Translations under genes and position numbers: made by a program | Source: Crocosphaera subtropica ATCC 51142 | GTDB lineage: Bacteria > Cyanobacteriota > Cyanobacteriia > Cyanobacteriales > Microcystaceae | Reading direction: 5' to 3' | Assembly: GCF_000017845.1 (NCBI RefSeq) | Contig: NC_010546.1 | Coordinates: 3,510,001 to 3,542,000 of the forward strand | Length of the DNA: 32,000 bases | In this document: one piece after another, positions 17,543-25,774 of the stretch | How the letters are laid out: every line of letters begins with the position of its first letter | Numbering within the stretch: position 1 is the stretch's first letter | Notes under the pieces: generated by a model | Told to the model about the DNA's origin: nothing | Databases searched by the model: none | What the model saw: the letters and a program-made list of their open reading frames with translations, nothing else

Positions 17543-18013
17543 TTAAATATTACTGAGTAAAAATTTTTTCATTTTTAAACAGTTTCTTTCATAATCAACC
17601 CGAATATAATCTAATTGATCAGTTAATTTATCCATAAAAAAAAGCCCGCGCTCGCTCTCTAATTCTAAAGGATCAACATTTTGTTGTGTCAGTTCAGTTA
17701 ATTTAGCTTTTAGATCGAAAAACGGTCCTTGGTTCCAAATCAGAATATCAACCCAAGTCTGATAAAAATTAACATTGATAATAATAGGTGCTGTTACTGG
17801 TAAGTTTTCATGAGCATAGAGGACTGTATTAGTAAACCCTTCGGATAAAGCCAGTTTACACTCCCATAAGATTTTAGGGGGTAAATAGGGTTTAGCAATA
17901 GTTTCAAACCAAATTAATACTTTTTCTAATGCTATAATTTCAGTCTTAACAGTGAGTTGGAAAGGCTTAAGCAAAGATTGATTATTATTCCCTGTGTTAT
18001 TAGACGGCACCAC
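17543..18013 (-). CDS. Anti-sigma regulatory factor-type serine kinase (RsbW/SpoIIAB-like, GHKL HATPase_c_2)
   Basis: 156 aa. N-box-like 'LSEGFTNTVLYAH', 'ILIWNQGPFFD', and G2-like 'ERGLFFMDKLTDQLDY'. The GTG start at 18013 overlaps the upstream gene by 14 nt (an alternative TTG lies ~40 nt downstream). Confidence 0.7.
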   Translation of the reverse strand: MVPSNNTGNNNQSLLKPFQLTVKTEIIALEKVLIWFETIAKPYLPPKILWECKLALSEGFTNTVLYAHENLPVTAPIIINVNFYQTWVDILIWNQGPFFDLKAKLTELTQQNVDPLELESERGLFFMDKLTDQLDYIRVDYERNCLKMKKFLLSNI

Positions 18014-19010
18014 TATTCTTATGAAATAAAATTAACACAGTCTTCAAGATAAGTTGAAGATCGTACCAATGACTCCAATTTTTTTGATACCTGAGGTCTA
18101 GTTCAATCACCTGTTCAAAATTGGTAATTCGCGATCGCCCGTATACTTGCCACTCTCCTGTCATACCGGGTTTAACATTCAAGCGTTGCCATTGGGGAAC
18201 TTCATAGCGTTCGACTTCGTCAGGAGTTGGGGGACGGGTTCCCACTAAACTCATTTCTCCTTTTAAGACATTCCAAAATTGCGGTAATTCGTCTAAGCTA
18301 GTACGCCGTAAAAAACGCCCAACTCTGGTAATACGGGGGTCATGGGTATTTTTAAAGATAGCTCCTTGGGCTTGGTTGGGAACTTTCTGTTTTAGGGCTT
18401 CAGCATCGGCACACATGGAACGAAATTTAATAATTTGAAAGCGTTTTCCTAGCCAACCACAACGAGTTTGATAAAAAAAGACTGGACCTGGACTATCTAA
18501 CTTGATGGTGATAGCGATGGGGATATATAAAAAAGCGGTAATGAGCAAACCCACCAAACTGCCTACAATATCTATCGTCCGTTTTATCCAAGATCGAACA
18601 GAGGGATGGGTTTCTGGGGGTTGTGCAGAACCGATAGTAGATTGATAGGTTTCGAGGGTAGTGGTGATAGGAATCACCTCATCCAGTCCCGTCATGGATA
18701 ATACTGCCATGACTGGGGGAGGAGTTTGGTAAAGAATCAGAGAAACATTGTTATTTTTAGCGGCCTTAAAGTTATGGACTAAAGCACCTACCCCACTACT
18801 ATCCATAAATTCAGTTTGATTGAAGTCTAAAATTAGCTGTTTAGGAAGCGAACCAGAGGCTAAAAATCGATGACAGACCTGCTTGAAATGTACCGCCTCT
18901 AATACGGTGAGACGTTTGGGCATTTTCATTACAGGGTAATTGTCAACAATAACAATGGGGAAGGGAGTTTCTGGTGTTTGGATAGTCATCACCGGTTCTG
19001 GATTGTCCAT
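18000..19010 (-). CDS. STAS-domain / bacterial sugar transferase fusion (polyprenyl-phosphate phosphoglycosyl transferase)
   Basis: 336 aa. N-terminal ~115 aa is SpoIIAA/STAS-like with 'DFNQTEFMDSSGVGALV'. Next comes the hydrophobic helix 'IDIVGSLVGLLITAFLYIPIAITI'. The C-terminal part is a Bac_transf domain ('FYQTRCG', 'FRSM', 'DPRITRVGRFLRRTSLDELPQFWNVLKGEMSLVGTRPP', 'KPGMTGEWQV'). Confidence 0.85.
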   Translation of the reverse strand: MDNPEPVMTIQTPETPFPIVIVDNYPVMKMPKRLTVLEAVHFKQVCHRFLASGSLPKQLILDFNQTEFMDSSGVGALVHNFKAAKNNNVSLILYQTPPPVMAVLSMTGLDEVIPITTTLETYQSTIGSAQPPETHPSVRSWIKRTIDIVGSLVGLLITAFLYIPIAITIKLDSPGPVFFYQTRCGWLGKRFQIIKFRSMCADAEALKQKVPNQAQGAIFKNTHDPRITRVGRFLRRTSLDELPQFWNVLKGEMSLVGTRPPTPDEVERYEVPQWQRLNVKPGMTGEWQVYGRSRITNFEQVIELDLRYQKNWSHWYDLQLILKTVLILFHKNSGAV

Positions 19011-19015
19011 TGAGA

Positions 19016-19663
19016 TCAGCGCAGGGGACGCTTTCCTTTTTCCTGCTGCATTTTTTCTTTTGCCTTACTTGCACTGCGTCTAAGGGCTTGGAGACGAGAT
19101 TCATATTGCTTCCGTTGCCGGCGGTTAGGGGTTTGTTCGATGAGTGTTTTAAAGGCACTCCCAAGACTTTTATAGGCGTTGGGCAAAGTATAACCAAAAC
19201 GGGTGGCTAAGGCAATAGCTTTTTCATCCGCTTCAATAGATTCTTTTAATTTCCGTTCTCCGTTATTTTTTTGCCAAAGTCGATACCCAGAAATACCACA
19301 GAGGGATAAGGCTAAGAGGAGAAGCAACCCGTCTTGTACCCAAAGTTCTCCCACTGCCCCACCTAAACCGATAGCTAGGGCGGCCATCTCCCATCCTTCT
19401 CTGGGAATGGTATCGTTTTGAATACGGGCAACTTCGTGCCAGAATAATAGATTGCGCTGGTCAATGGCTAAATTTTCCCATTTAGCTAAGTCGATTTGAA
19501 TCTCTACTTCGTCTCTTCCTAATTCTTCACAGCGTATGAGGGGAGGATTGATTTCCGTACTCCCTTCTACCATTACCCAGTTTTGTAATTCTGGAGGCAG
19601 TAATGTTTTTAACCGCCTTAGCTCACTCATCTCTGCTCTAGCAGAAGAAGTTACATAGGTCAT
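19016..19663 (-). CDS. Conserved cyanobacterial membrane protein (possibly DUF3318)
   Basis: 215 aa. Two central hydrophobic helices (AALAIGLGGAVGELW / LLLLLALSLCGISGY) and a basic C-terminal tail. Its stop lies 5 nt before the start of the STAS-transferase gene. Family name is from memory only. Confidence 0.4.
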   Translation of the reverse strand: MTYVTSSARAEMSELRRLKTLLPPELQNWVMVEGSTEINPPLIRCEELGRDEVEIQIDLAKWENLAIDQRNLLFWHEVARIQNDTIPREGWEMAALAIGLGGAVGELWVQDGLLLLLALSLCGISGYRLWQKNNGERKLKESIEADEKAIALATRFGYTLPNAYKSLGSAFKTLIEQTPNRRQRKQYESRLQALRRSASKAKEKMQQEKGKRPLR

Positions 19664-19901
19664 AATCTTATAATACTTCTTTTATTCATTATCTCAGGAT
19701 TTTATCTTAGCAAAAATCTGGGTTTAAAGCCTTATGGTTTTCGAGGGACTTGCCTTAAAGAAATGGTTTTGTAAAAAACCGAACCTTTGGGGACGGGTTT
19801 CACCATAATTTCTAATTCTCCCAATTTTTACATTTCGTTACAATGGGATTAAGAAACAGCGATATAAGATAAAATCGCTGACACGATAGGAGGTTATTCA
19901 T

Positions 19902-21023
19902 ATGAATAACAATATAAGAGTTGGAAATTTATTTGGTATTCCTTTCTATGTTAACCCCTCATGGTTTTTAGTGTTAGGGTTAGTTACTTTTAGTTATGGA
20001 GGACAGTTAGCCTACTTTCAACAGTTGAATGGAATTGTCCCTTGGATTTTGGGTTTTGTTGCTGCTATTTTATTATTCGCTTCTGTATTAGCCCACGAAT
20101 TAGGTCATAGTTTTGTGGCGATTTCTCAAGGAATTGAGGTTAAATCTATTACCTTATTCTTGTTCGGAGGATTAGCTAGTTTAGAGAAGGAATCTGACAG
20201 TCCGTTAGAGGCTTTTTTAGTAGCGATCGCAGGTCCTGTGGTTAGTTTATTACTCGCTGCTATTCTTTTCATTGTTGCTTTTAATGTTTCTTTTCCGGCA
20301 CCTATTGAAGCCATTATTGAACTGTTAGCTTCGATTAACTTAGTGTTAGGATTATTTAACTTAATTCCTGGTCTACCTTTAGATGGGGGAAATATCTTAA
20401 AATCTCTTGTCTGGAAGATTACAGGAAACCCCAACAAAGGGATTATTTTTGCTAGTCGTGTCGGTCAAGTATTCGGCTGGTTGGCGGTTGGCGTTGGTGG
20501 TTTATCCATCTTAGGAATTATCCAATTTGGTAACTTTTGGACGCTATTAATCGGTTTCTTCTTATTACAAAATGCTGGTGTTTCTGCCCAATCTGCACAA
20601 GTACAAGAAACCCTCAATGGTTATACAGCAGAAGATGCCGTCATTCCTGATAGTCCCATTGTTTCGAGTGAGTTAACGATTCGTGAATTTGTCAATGAGT
20701 ATGTCATTGGTAAAAATCAGTGGAGAAAGTTTCTAGTTGTTAACGAAGAAGGGAATTTATCAGGGGTTTTAGAAGTAGAAGGATTGAAAAAGATTCCTAC
20801 CTCTGATTGGACTGAAATTAAGGTTTCGGAGGTCATGGAACCTGTCAAAGACTTAATTACGATTAAGTCAGATGAAACCCTGTTAGAAGTAGTAAAAATG
20901 CTAGAAAATGATCCTCAAAAACAACTAACTGTGATTGGAGATAATGGAAAAGTTCTAGGGTTACTTGAGAAAAATTCCATTATTAAGTTACTGGAAAAAG
21001 ACAAACAAGCTCAAGCTGCCTAA
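19902..21023 (+). CDS. Site-2 protease family (M50) zinc metalloprotease with C-terminal CBS pair
   Basis: 373 aa. 'HELGHS' zinc motif in a TM helix, 'NLIPGLPLDGG' second motif, and a CBS-like C-terminal ~130 aa. Shine-Dalgarno 'aggagg' lies 8 nt upstream. Confidence 0.88.
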   Translation: MNNNIRVGNLFGIPFYVNPSWFLVLGLVTFSYGGQLAYFQQLNGIVPWILGFVAAILLFASVLAHELGHSFVAISQGIEVKSITLFLFGGLASLEKESDSPLEAFLVAIAGPVVSLLLAAILFIVAFNVSFPAPIEAIIELLASINLVLGLFNLIPGLPLDGGNILKSLVWKITGNPNKGIIFASRVGQVFGWLAVGVGGLSILGIIQFGNFWTLLIGFFLLQNAGVSAQSAQVQETLNGYTAEDAVIPDSPIVSSELTIREFVNEYVIGKNQWRKFLVVNEEGNLSGVLEVEGLKKIPTSDWTEIKVSEVMEPVKDLITIKSDETLLEVVKMLENDPQKQLTVIGDNGKVLGLLEKNSIIKLLEKDKQAQAA

Positions 21024-21044
21024 CCAAAGATACTCAAAAAATAG

Positions 21045-21070
21045 TAGGGGTTAACAGTTGTTGACCCCTA
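21045..21070. repeat. 26-nt palindromic intergenic element, copy 1
   Basis: taggggttaacagttgttgaccccta, a near-perfect hairpin 22 nt after the protease stop. It is 21/26 identical to 25005-25030 with the same palindromic arms. Confidence 0.6.
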
Positions 21071-21249
21071 TAATATTTATGTAGGTATAACCACATTTTT
21101 CAGACTTATAGCCCTAGGTATGATTAGGAAGTAAAGGAGATTCTTGGTTTCCTCGGAATGACAATTAAAGATATTAAAAATGTGCTAACTAACTTTTGTA
21201 CTGCTATAGTATTAAGATATAAACATGGTTTAAGTTTCAAAGAAATTGT

Positions 21250-21930
21250 ATGGTAGTACACTTAGAAAAAGTTGTGCCAGTTGGCCGAACCCTTGATGAA
21301 TATATTAAAATGTTCAATCTGACAGAAGATGATTGTAAAAAATTTATTCTCAGTGTAGCCGATGGACCAGCTAGTTTTAATGCTGAAGGCACTAAACTAG
21401 GCTATAAAATAAAGTCAGTTGACCCCCTGTATGTTTTTAATAGTGAGCAAATTAAAACTCGTTTTTATGAGGTGATTGATAATATTATTAAACAAGTAGA
21501 AAATACCTCACATGACTGGGTTTGGAGTTATCATAAATCACCACAAAATTTAAGAAAAAATAGAGAAAAAGTGATTTCTTTATTTGGTGAAGATTATGAG
21601 CAAGGAAAAAGAGAACATCGTTACGAAATAGGAGACTTGCCTAAGTTAAAATATAAAGATAATGAATATGAATTAGGATTAATTTCTCATTTTCTCTTTC
21701 TGTATTCTGAGCATTTTAATCAACAGTTTCATTTAGATTCAATTAATGAAATGCTCAGAGTTTGTCAAGAAGTAAGAATATTTCCCTTATTAACTTTAAA
21801 CAATGAAATATCTCCGTACCTGTCTTTTATTATTGAAAGGTTAAACAATAAAGGTTACAGATGTAACATTGAAGAAGTTTCCTATCAATTACAACCTAAA
21901 GGTAATCAAATGCTAAAAATTATGAAGTAA
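21250..21930 (+). CDS. Putative SAM-dependent methyltransferase-like protein
   Basis: 226 aa. 'ILSVADGPASFNAEG' (degenerate motif I), 'LISHFLFLYSE' and 'VCQEVRIFPLL' resemble a widespread small class I MTase family (from memory). The gene is AT-rich. Confidence 0.5.
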   Translation: MVVHLEKVVPVGRTLDEYIKMFNLTEDDCKKFILSVADGPASFNAEGTKLGYKIKSVDPLYVFNSEQIKTRFYEVIDNIIKQVENTSHDWVWSYHKSPQNLRKNREKVISLFGEDYEQGKREHRYEIGDLPKLKYKDNEYELGLISHFLFLYSEHFNQQFHLDSINEMLRVCQEVRIFPLLTLNNEISPYLSFIIERLNNKGYRCNIEEVSYQLQPKGNQMLKIMK

Positions 21931-21957
21931 AAACAGAAAGTTTCATTTATTTTTGAG

Positions 21958-22551
21958 ATGAATAACTCACAAAAGCCTTCAAAAAAAAGATTTTTTATTG
22001 CTCTACTTCCTCCCAAGGATGTGCAAAAAGAGGCTACAAAAATAAAAAAATATTTTAAAGATATTTATAATAGTAAAGCAGCGTTAAAGTCTCCGCCTCA
22101 TGTTACCCTACAACCGCCTTTTGAATGGGAGATAGAAGACTTACCGAACTTAATTCAAGCGTTAAATCATTTCTCTCAATCTCAACAACCCTTTTTTATG
22201 ACTTTAAATGGATTTTCTGCCTTTAAACCTCGTGTTATTTATATCGATGTCTTAAAAACTTCTGAACTTTTATCCATTCAAAAATCATTAATGTCTCATT
22301 TAGAATCTAGTTTAAATCTTGTCCACTCAGTGTCTAAAAGTCGTCCCTTTGCACCTCATTTAACTGTTGCTTTTCGGGATTTAACGAAAAAGAATTTTTA
22401 TCAAGCTTGGCCAGAATTTAAAGATAAGGAATTTTACTACAATTTTATGATTAATGAAATAACTTTATTAATCCATAATGGTAGCAATTGGGATATTCAT
22501 TCCGAATATTGTTTTAATCAGCTAAACGATCTTCAAAAATTAATTTTATAG
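21958..22551 (+). CDS. 2H phosphoesterase (LigT/ThpR-like 2'-5' RNA ligase / 2',3'-cyclic phosphodiesterase family)
   Basis: 197 aa with the two HxTx motifs 'PPHVTLQPPF' and 'APHLTVAF' at the expected spacing. Starts 27 nt after the previous gene. Confidence 0.8.
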   Translation: MNNSQKPSKKRFFIALLPPKDVQKEATKIKKYFKDIYNSKAALKSPPHVTLQPPFEWEIEDLPNLIQALNHFSQSQQPFFMTLNGFSAFKPRVIYIDVLKTSELLSIQKSLMSHLESSLNLVHSVSKSRPFAPHLTVAFRDLTKKNFYQAWPEFKDKEFYYNFMINEITLLIHNGSNWDIHSEYCFNQLNDLQKLIL

Positions 22552-22681
22552 CACTTTTTAAGCTTTCTTTTGCCTCTTCAATGGTTTCTCCTTGACCATT
22601 GGCACCTGGGACTTCGGGACAAATTGCCCAGTATCCTCCTTCTGAGGCCGCTTCAATAATGGCGGTGAACTCTGCTTTCAT
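22514..22681 (-). CDS. hicB: HicB/UPF0150-like antitoxin-fold small protein (55 aa, not in supplied ORF track)
   Basis: Hand translation of the minus strand gives MKAEFTAIIEAASEGGYWAICPEVPGANGQGETIEEAKESLKSAIKLIFEDRLAD*. 'GGYWA.CPE.PG..GQGET.EEA..SL..AI' is the HicB N-terminal signature. Confidence 0.6.
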   Translation of the reverse strand: MKAEFTAIIEAASEGGYWAICPEVPGANGQGETIEEAKESLKSAIKLIFEDRLAD

Positions 22682-22793
22682 AACAATTTTATCGAATGGC
22701 TTAATTAATTATAGTTTGTAGATTTAGTTAAACAAAGTGCAACTCAACTAATATTAAGTTGGAAAACGAATAATTTATTCAATATTAAATAGT

Positions 22794-22820
22794 AAAAAAC
22801 AGGTGGGCATTGCCCACCCT
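22794..22820 (-). terminator. Rho-independent terminator downstream of the SH3-domain gene
   Basis: On the minus strand: ggtgggc-aau-gcccacc (7-bp GC-rich stem), followed by a single G and a six-T run (gtttttt). It starts ~8 nt after the stop at 22827. Confidence 0.65.
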
Positions 22821-22826
22821 ACTGAA

Positions 22827-23324
22827 TTATTCTTCTACTTTTTCCACATTGCCGGCTTTAACCCAACCTTCTTGTTGAGAGTCAGGGAGACGAACTTGCT
22901 GCCAACCGCCATCGGCAGTGGTTTGTAGTATGATCACCTCAGACTCGTAGTCAACACCGCCAATTCTTTCGGCATTTAAGTCAGGTTGCGATCGCACACT
23001 TAAACCGGTTGACCAGGTAACTTTTGCCCGATAGGCCCCGTCAGGTAGTTCTTCTATATCTTCTTCTGTTTCTTCTTCGATCACAGGTTCTTTAGCTACG
23101 ACTTCCTCAACGGGTTGGGTTTTGGTTTCCTTGTTAACAACCGGTTGCGTCTCAGCCTTAGCAGTGGTTTCTGGGGGTTTCTCTTCAGCAAAGGTGGGTT
23201 TTTCAGGGTTAGCATTCATGCGAGCAAAGACCACATAAGCTAAAGAAGCCGTTCCTCCCACTAATAGAAAGATACCAAGGAAAAATCCTAATAAAAATTG
23301 AAAAACGCCAGATAAACGATTCAT
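22827..23324 (-). CDS. Membrane-anchored SH3b-domain protein
   Basis: 165 aa. N-terminal TM helix (FLLGFFLGIFLLVGG), an E/P/T-rich linker, and C-terminal 'GLSVRSQPD...GWQQVRLPDSQQEGWV', typical of bacterial SH3. Confidence 0.6.
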   Translation of the reverse strand: MNRLSGVFQFLLGFFLGIFLLVGGTASLAYVVFARMNANPEKPTFAEEKPPETTAKAETQPVVNKETKTQPVEEVVAKEPVIEEETEEDIEELPDGAYRAKVTWSTGLSVRSQPDLNAERIGGVDYESEVIILQTTADGGWQQVRLPDSQQEGWVKAGNVEKVEE

Positions 23325-23412
23325 AATGATAACAGGATACGATAATAACTTTAAGGTTGAATCTTAACGTTGATTCCCCTAATTTAGCCACTGTTCAAAC
23401 GTAATTTATTTC

Positions 23413-24918
23413 TTAAGGAGTTAAAGAATTTAAACTACTTTGGCGAGAGGCTAACCGGGCTTTTCCGGCTGCGGCCCACTGCTGCAAAAATTCAATTTCT
23501 TCTTGGGCAGTTCGGGCTAAGGGGATAATTTGACTTGCTGCTTGTAAGATATCATCGGTGGTAAAGTCACGGTTTTGACTAAATCCGATGTGCATAGCTT
23601 CAATTAAGGTTTGTTCAATCTCTGCCCCCGAAAAATCTGGGGTTTCATAAGCAAGTCGCTTGATGTCGTAAGTTTTCAGATTATGGGGTCGCAGTCTAGA
23701 TAGATGGACGTTAAAAATGGCTTCTCGTTCCCTCTGGGTGGGTAAACCCACAAAGAAAATTTCGTCAAAGCGGCCTTTGCGTAACATTTCTGGGGGTAAG
23801 GCTTTGATATTGTTGGCAGTGGCGACGACAAACACGGGGGATTTTTTTTCCGCTAACCAGGTGATAAACGTCCCAAACACACGGCTAGTGGTGCCTCCGT
23901 CCCCTTTTCCTTCTACCCCTGCGAAGGCTTTATCAATCTCATCAATCCATAACACACAAGGGGCCAACGCTTCTGCTAAATTGACCATTTGACGGGTACG
24001 AGACTCGGACTCTCCCACTAACCCCCCAAACAGTCGCCCCACATCTAACCGTAATAAGGGTAAGTGCCAATGGTGAGAAATGGCTTTAGCGGTGAGGGAT
24101 TTTCCGGTGCCTTGGATACCCACCAAAAGCAGTCCTCTAGGGTGAGGTAAACCATAGGCCCTTGCTTTTTCGCTAAATGCTCCCCCACGACGCAGTAACC
24201 AGTCTTTGAGGTTGTCTAACCCCCCTATATCGGAGATTTGTTCAGTAGCAGGATAAAAATCGAGAATTTGGGTTTGACGGATGGATTGCCGTTTTTCTTC
24301 TAAAATCAGTTCTACGTCTTCGGGTTCGATGCGTCCATGACTGGCGATACAAAGGGTCAAAACACGGCGTATTCTCTCTAAAGACAGTCCTTGTGCCGAT
24401 CTGACTAATTCATCGACTAATGTATCAGATAAAGGCTGTCCTGTGGCTCCTAGAAGGCGTTCTATTTCGTTTTTGATTTCTGTGCCGGTGGGAAGGGGAA
24501 AGTCAAGGATGGTAAGGACTTCGGTTAATTCATCGGGAATTTGGACTTGTGGGGCAATAATAATGATATTTTTGGGTTGAGATTTTAAACTACGGGCTAG
24601 GTTTCGCAGTTTTCGGGAGATGGAAACATCTTCTAAAAAGCGTTGAAAGTCTCTTAAAATGAAGATTCCGCCGATATTATTGGGCAGTTTTTCTACAAAT
24701 TCTAATGCTTGGAGAGGGTTACGTCTGCCGACTCCTTCGTTATTGGGGTTATCTTGATAACCGTCTACGAAGTCCCAAATATAAACCGTGCGGTTTTGCA
24801 TGGTTTGGGTGCATTGAGCGATCGCATTTTCTAGTCTTTCTTCTTCGCTGGTGGAAATATAGATTAAAGGGTAGCAGGCCCGTAGTAGCAGTTCAAATTC
24901 TTCTCGAAATGTCATCAT
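23413..24918 (-). CDS. ycf46: AAA+ ATPase, Ycf46-like
   Basis: 501 aa. Walker A 'GIQGTGKS', Walker B 'VLWIDEIDK', 'ATANN' sensor and 'GRFDEIFFVGLP'. The N-terminal 'YPLIYISTSEEER' is typical of cyanobacterial/plastid Ycf46. Confidence 0.8.
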   Translation of the reverse strand: MMTFREEFELLLRACYPLIYISTSEEERLENAIAQCTQTMQNRTVYIWDFVDGYQDNPNNEGVGRRNPLQALEFVEKLPNNIGGIFILRDFQRFLEDVSISRKLRNLARSLKSQPKNIIIIAPQVQIPDELTEVLTILDFPLPTGTEIKNEIERLLGATGQPLSDTLVDELVRSAQGLSLERIRRVLTLCIASHGRIEPEDVELILEEKRQSIRQTQILDFYPATEQISDIGGLDNLKDWLLRRGGAFSEKARAYGLPHPRGLLLVGIQGTGKSLTAKAISHHWHLPLLRLDVGRLFGGLVGESESRTRQMVNLAEALAPCVLWIDEIDKAFAGVEGKGDGGTTSRVFGTFITWLAEKKSPVFVVATANNIKALPPEMLRKGRFDEIFFVGLPTQREREAIFNVHLSRLRPHNLKTYDIKRLAYETPDFSGAEIEQTLIEAMHIGFSQNRDFTTDDILQAASQIIPLARTAQEEIEFLQQWAAAGKARLASRQSSLNSLTP

Positions 24919-25004
24919 TAATTACAATCATTGGTAATAACCCTATCTCAACAATAATAAAGGTTAGCGGTTGATCTGACTATTTGGTGAGTTCAATGAT
25001 GATA

Positions 25005-25030
25005 TAGGGGTAAACGGCCATTGACCCCTA
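25005..25030. repeat. 26-nt palindromic intergenic element, copy 2
   Basis: taggggtaaacggccattgaccccta. Same arms as copy 1, with a compensatory change in the inner stem (a-t in copy 1, g-c here). Confidence 0.6.
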
Positions 25031-25129
25031 CTTATCGAAGTCTTAACTTGAAATTGATAGATTGGAAACCGTCATATTTTAAACTAATTAAATGCCATTA
25101 ACTCATAGCTAAATAGGAGTAAAATTATC

Positions 25130-25768
25130 ATGAGTTTAACGTTATATTTTTTACGTCACGGTGAAACAGAAAGTAGTCTTAAAGATAGTTTTTGTGGCAC
25201 CCTTGATCCTGATTTAACGCCTCAAGGAAAAGAAATGGCAAAAGCGTTTGCTGATGCTTATAAATCCTTTGATTGGTCTGCTATTTATGTGAGTCCCATG
25301 AAGCGGACTATTGCCACTGCAAAACCTCTTTGTGACGCAACAGGAATGGAAATGCAGATCAAAGATGGACTGAAAGAAATGAATTTTGGTCAATGGGAAA
25401 ATCGTACCCGTGACTGGGTTAAAGAGCATGATTTAGAGGCATATATTGACTGGATGACGGAACCGGCTTGGAACCCTCCTCCTGATGGAGAAACGGCGGT
25501 AGAAGTGGGTAGCCGTGCCATGTTAGTTATATCAGAAATTGAAGCAAACTATCCTGATGGTAAAGTGTTAGTGGTTGCTCATAAAACAACAATTAGAATT
25601 ATTTTATGTCATTTATTAGGCATTGATTTGGGACGTTATCGTGACCGTATTGATATGTTAGCAGCATCAGTAAGTATTATTGAATTCGGGTTACATGGTC
25701 CTTTATTGAAAAAATTAGGCGATCGCTCCTACATGAGTCAAGAATTACAAGATCGTGCAGGGACTTAA
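25130..25768 (+). CDS. Histidine phosphatase family protein (phosphoglycerate mutase-like)
   Basis: 212 aa. 'LYFLRHGET' catalytic RHG motif, 'VVAHKTTIR' second His motif, and an SD 'aggag' upstream. Confidence 0.85.
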   Translation: MSLTLYFLRHGETESSLKDSFCGTLDPDLTPQGKEMAKAFADAYKSFDWSAIYVSPMKRTIATAKPLCDATGMEMQIKDGLKEMNFGQWENRTRDWVKEHDLEAYIDWMTEPAWNPPPDGETAVEVGSRAMLVISEIEANYPDGKVLVVAHKTTIRIILCHLLGIDLGRYRDRIDMLAASVSIIEFGLHGPLLKKLGDRSYMSQELQDRAGT

Positions 25769-25774
25769 AAAAGA

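Noticed and set aside
18943-19421. Three overlapping short ORFs (18943..19197 minus, 19010..19210 plus, 19203..19421 plus) around the junction of the STAS-transferase and upstream membrane-protein genes
   Set aside because: All lie within or antisense to the two longer, tightly spaced ORFs. They have odd Cys/Pro/Ser-rich compositions and no motifs.
20126-20437. 103-aa minus-strand ORF inside the site-2 protease gene
   Set aside because: Antisense shadow of a gene with clear HELGH/LDGG motifs.
23209-24974. Short ORFs 23209..23391 (minus), 23717..23992 (plus) and 24705..24974 (plus) around the SH3 and ycf46-like genes
   Set aside because: They are alternative-frame or antisense to well-supported CDSs, or they spill into the promoter region. 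No motifs.
25214-25429. 71-aa minus-strand ORF inside the histidine phosphatase gene
   Set aside because: Antisense shadow ORF.
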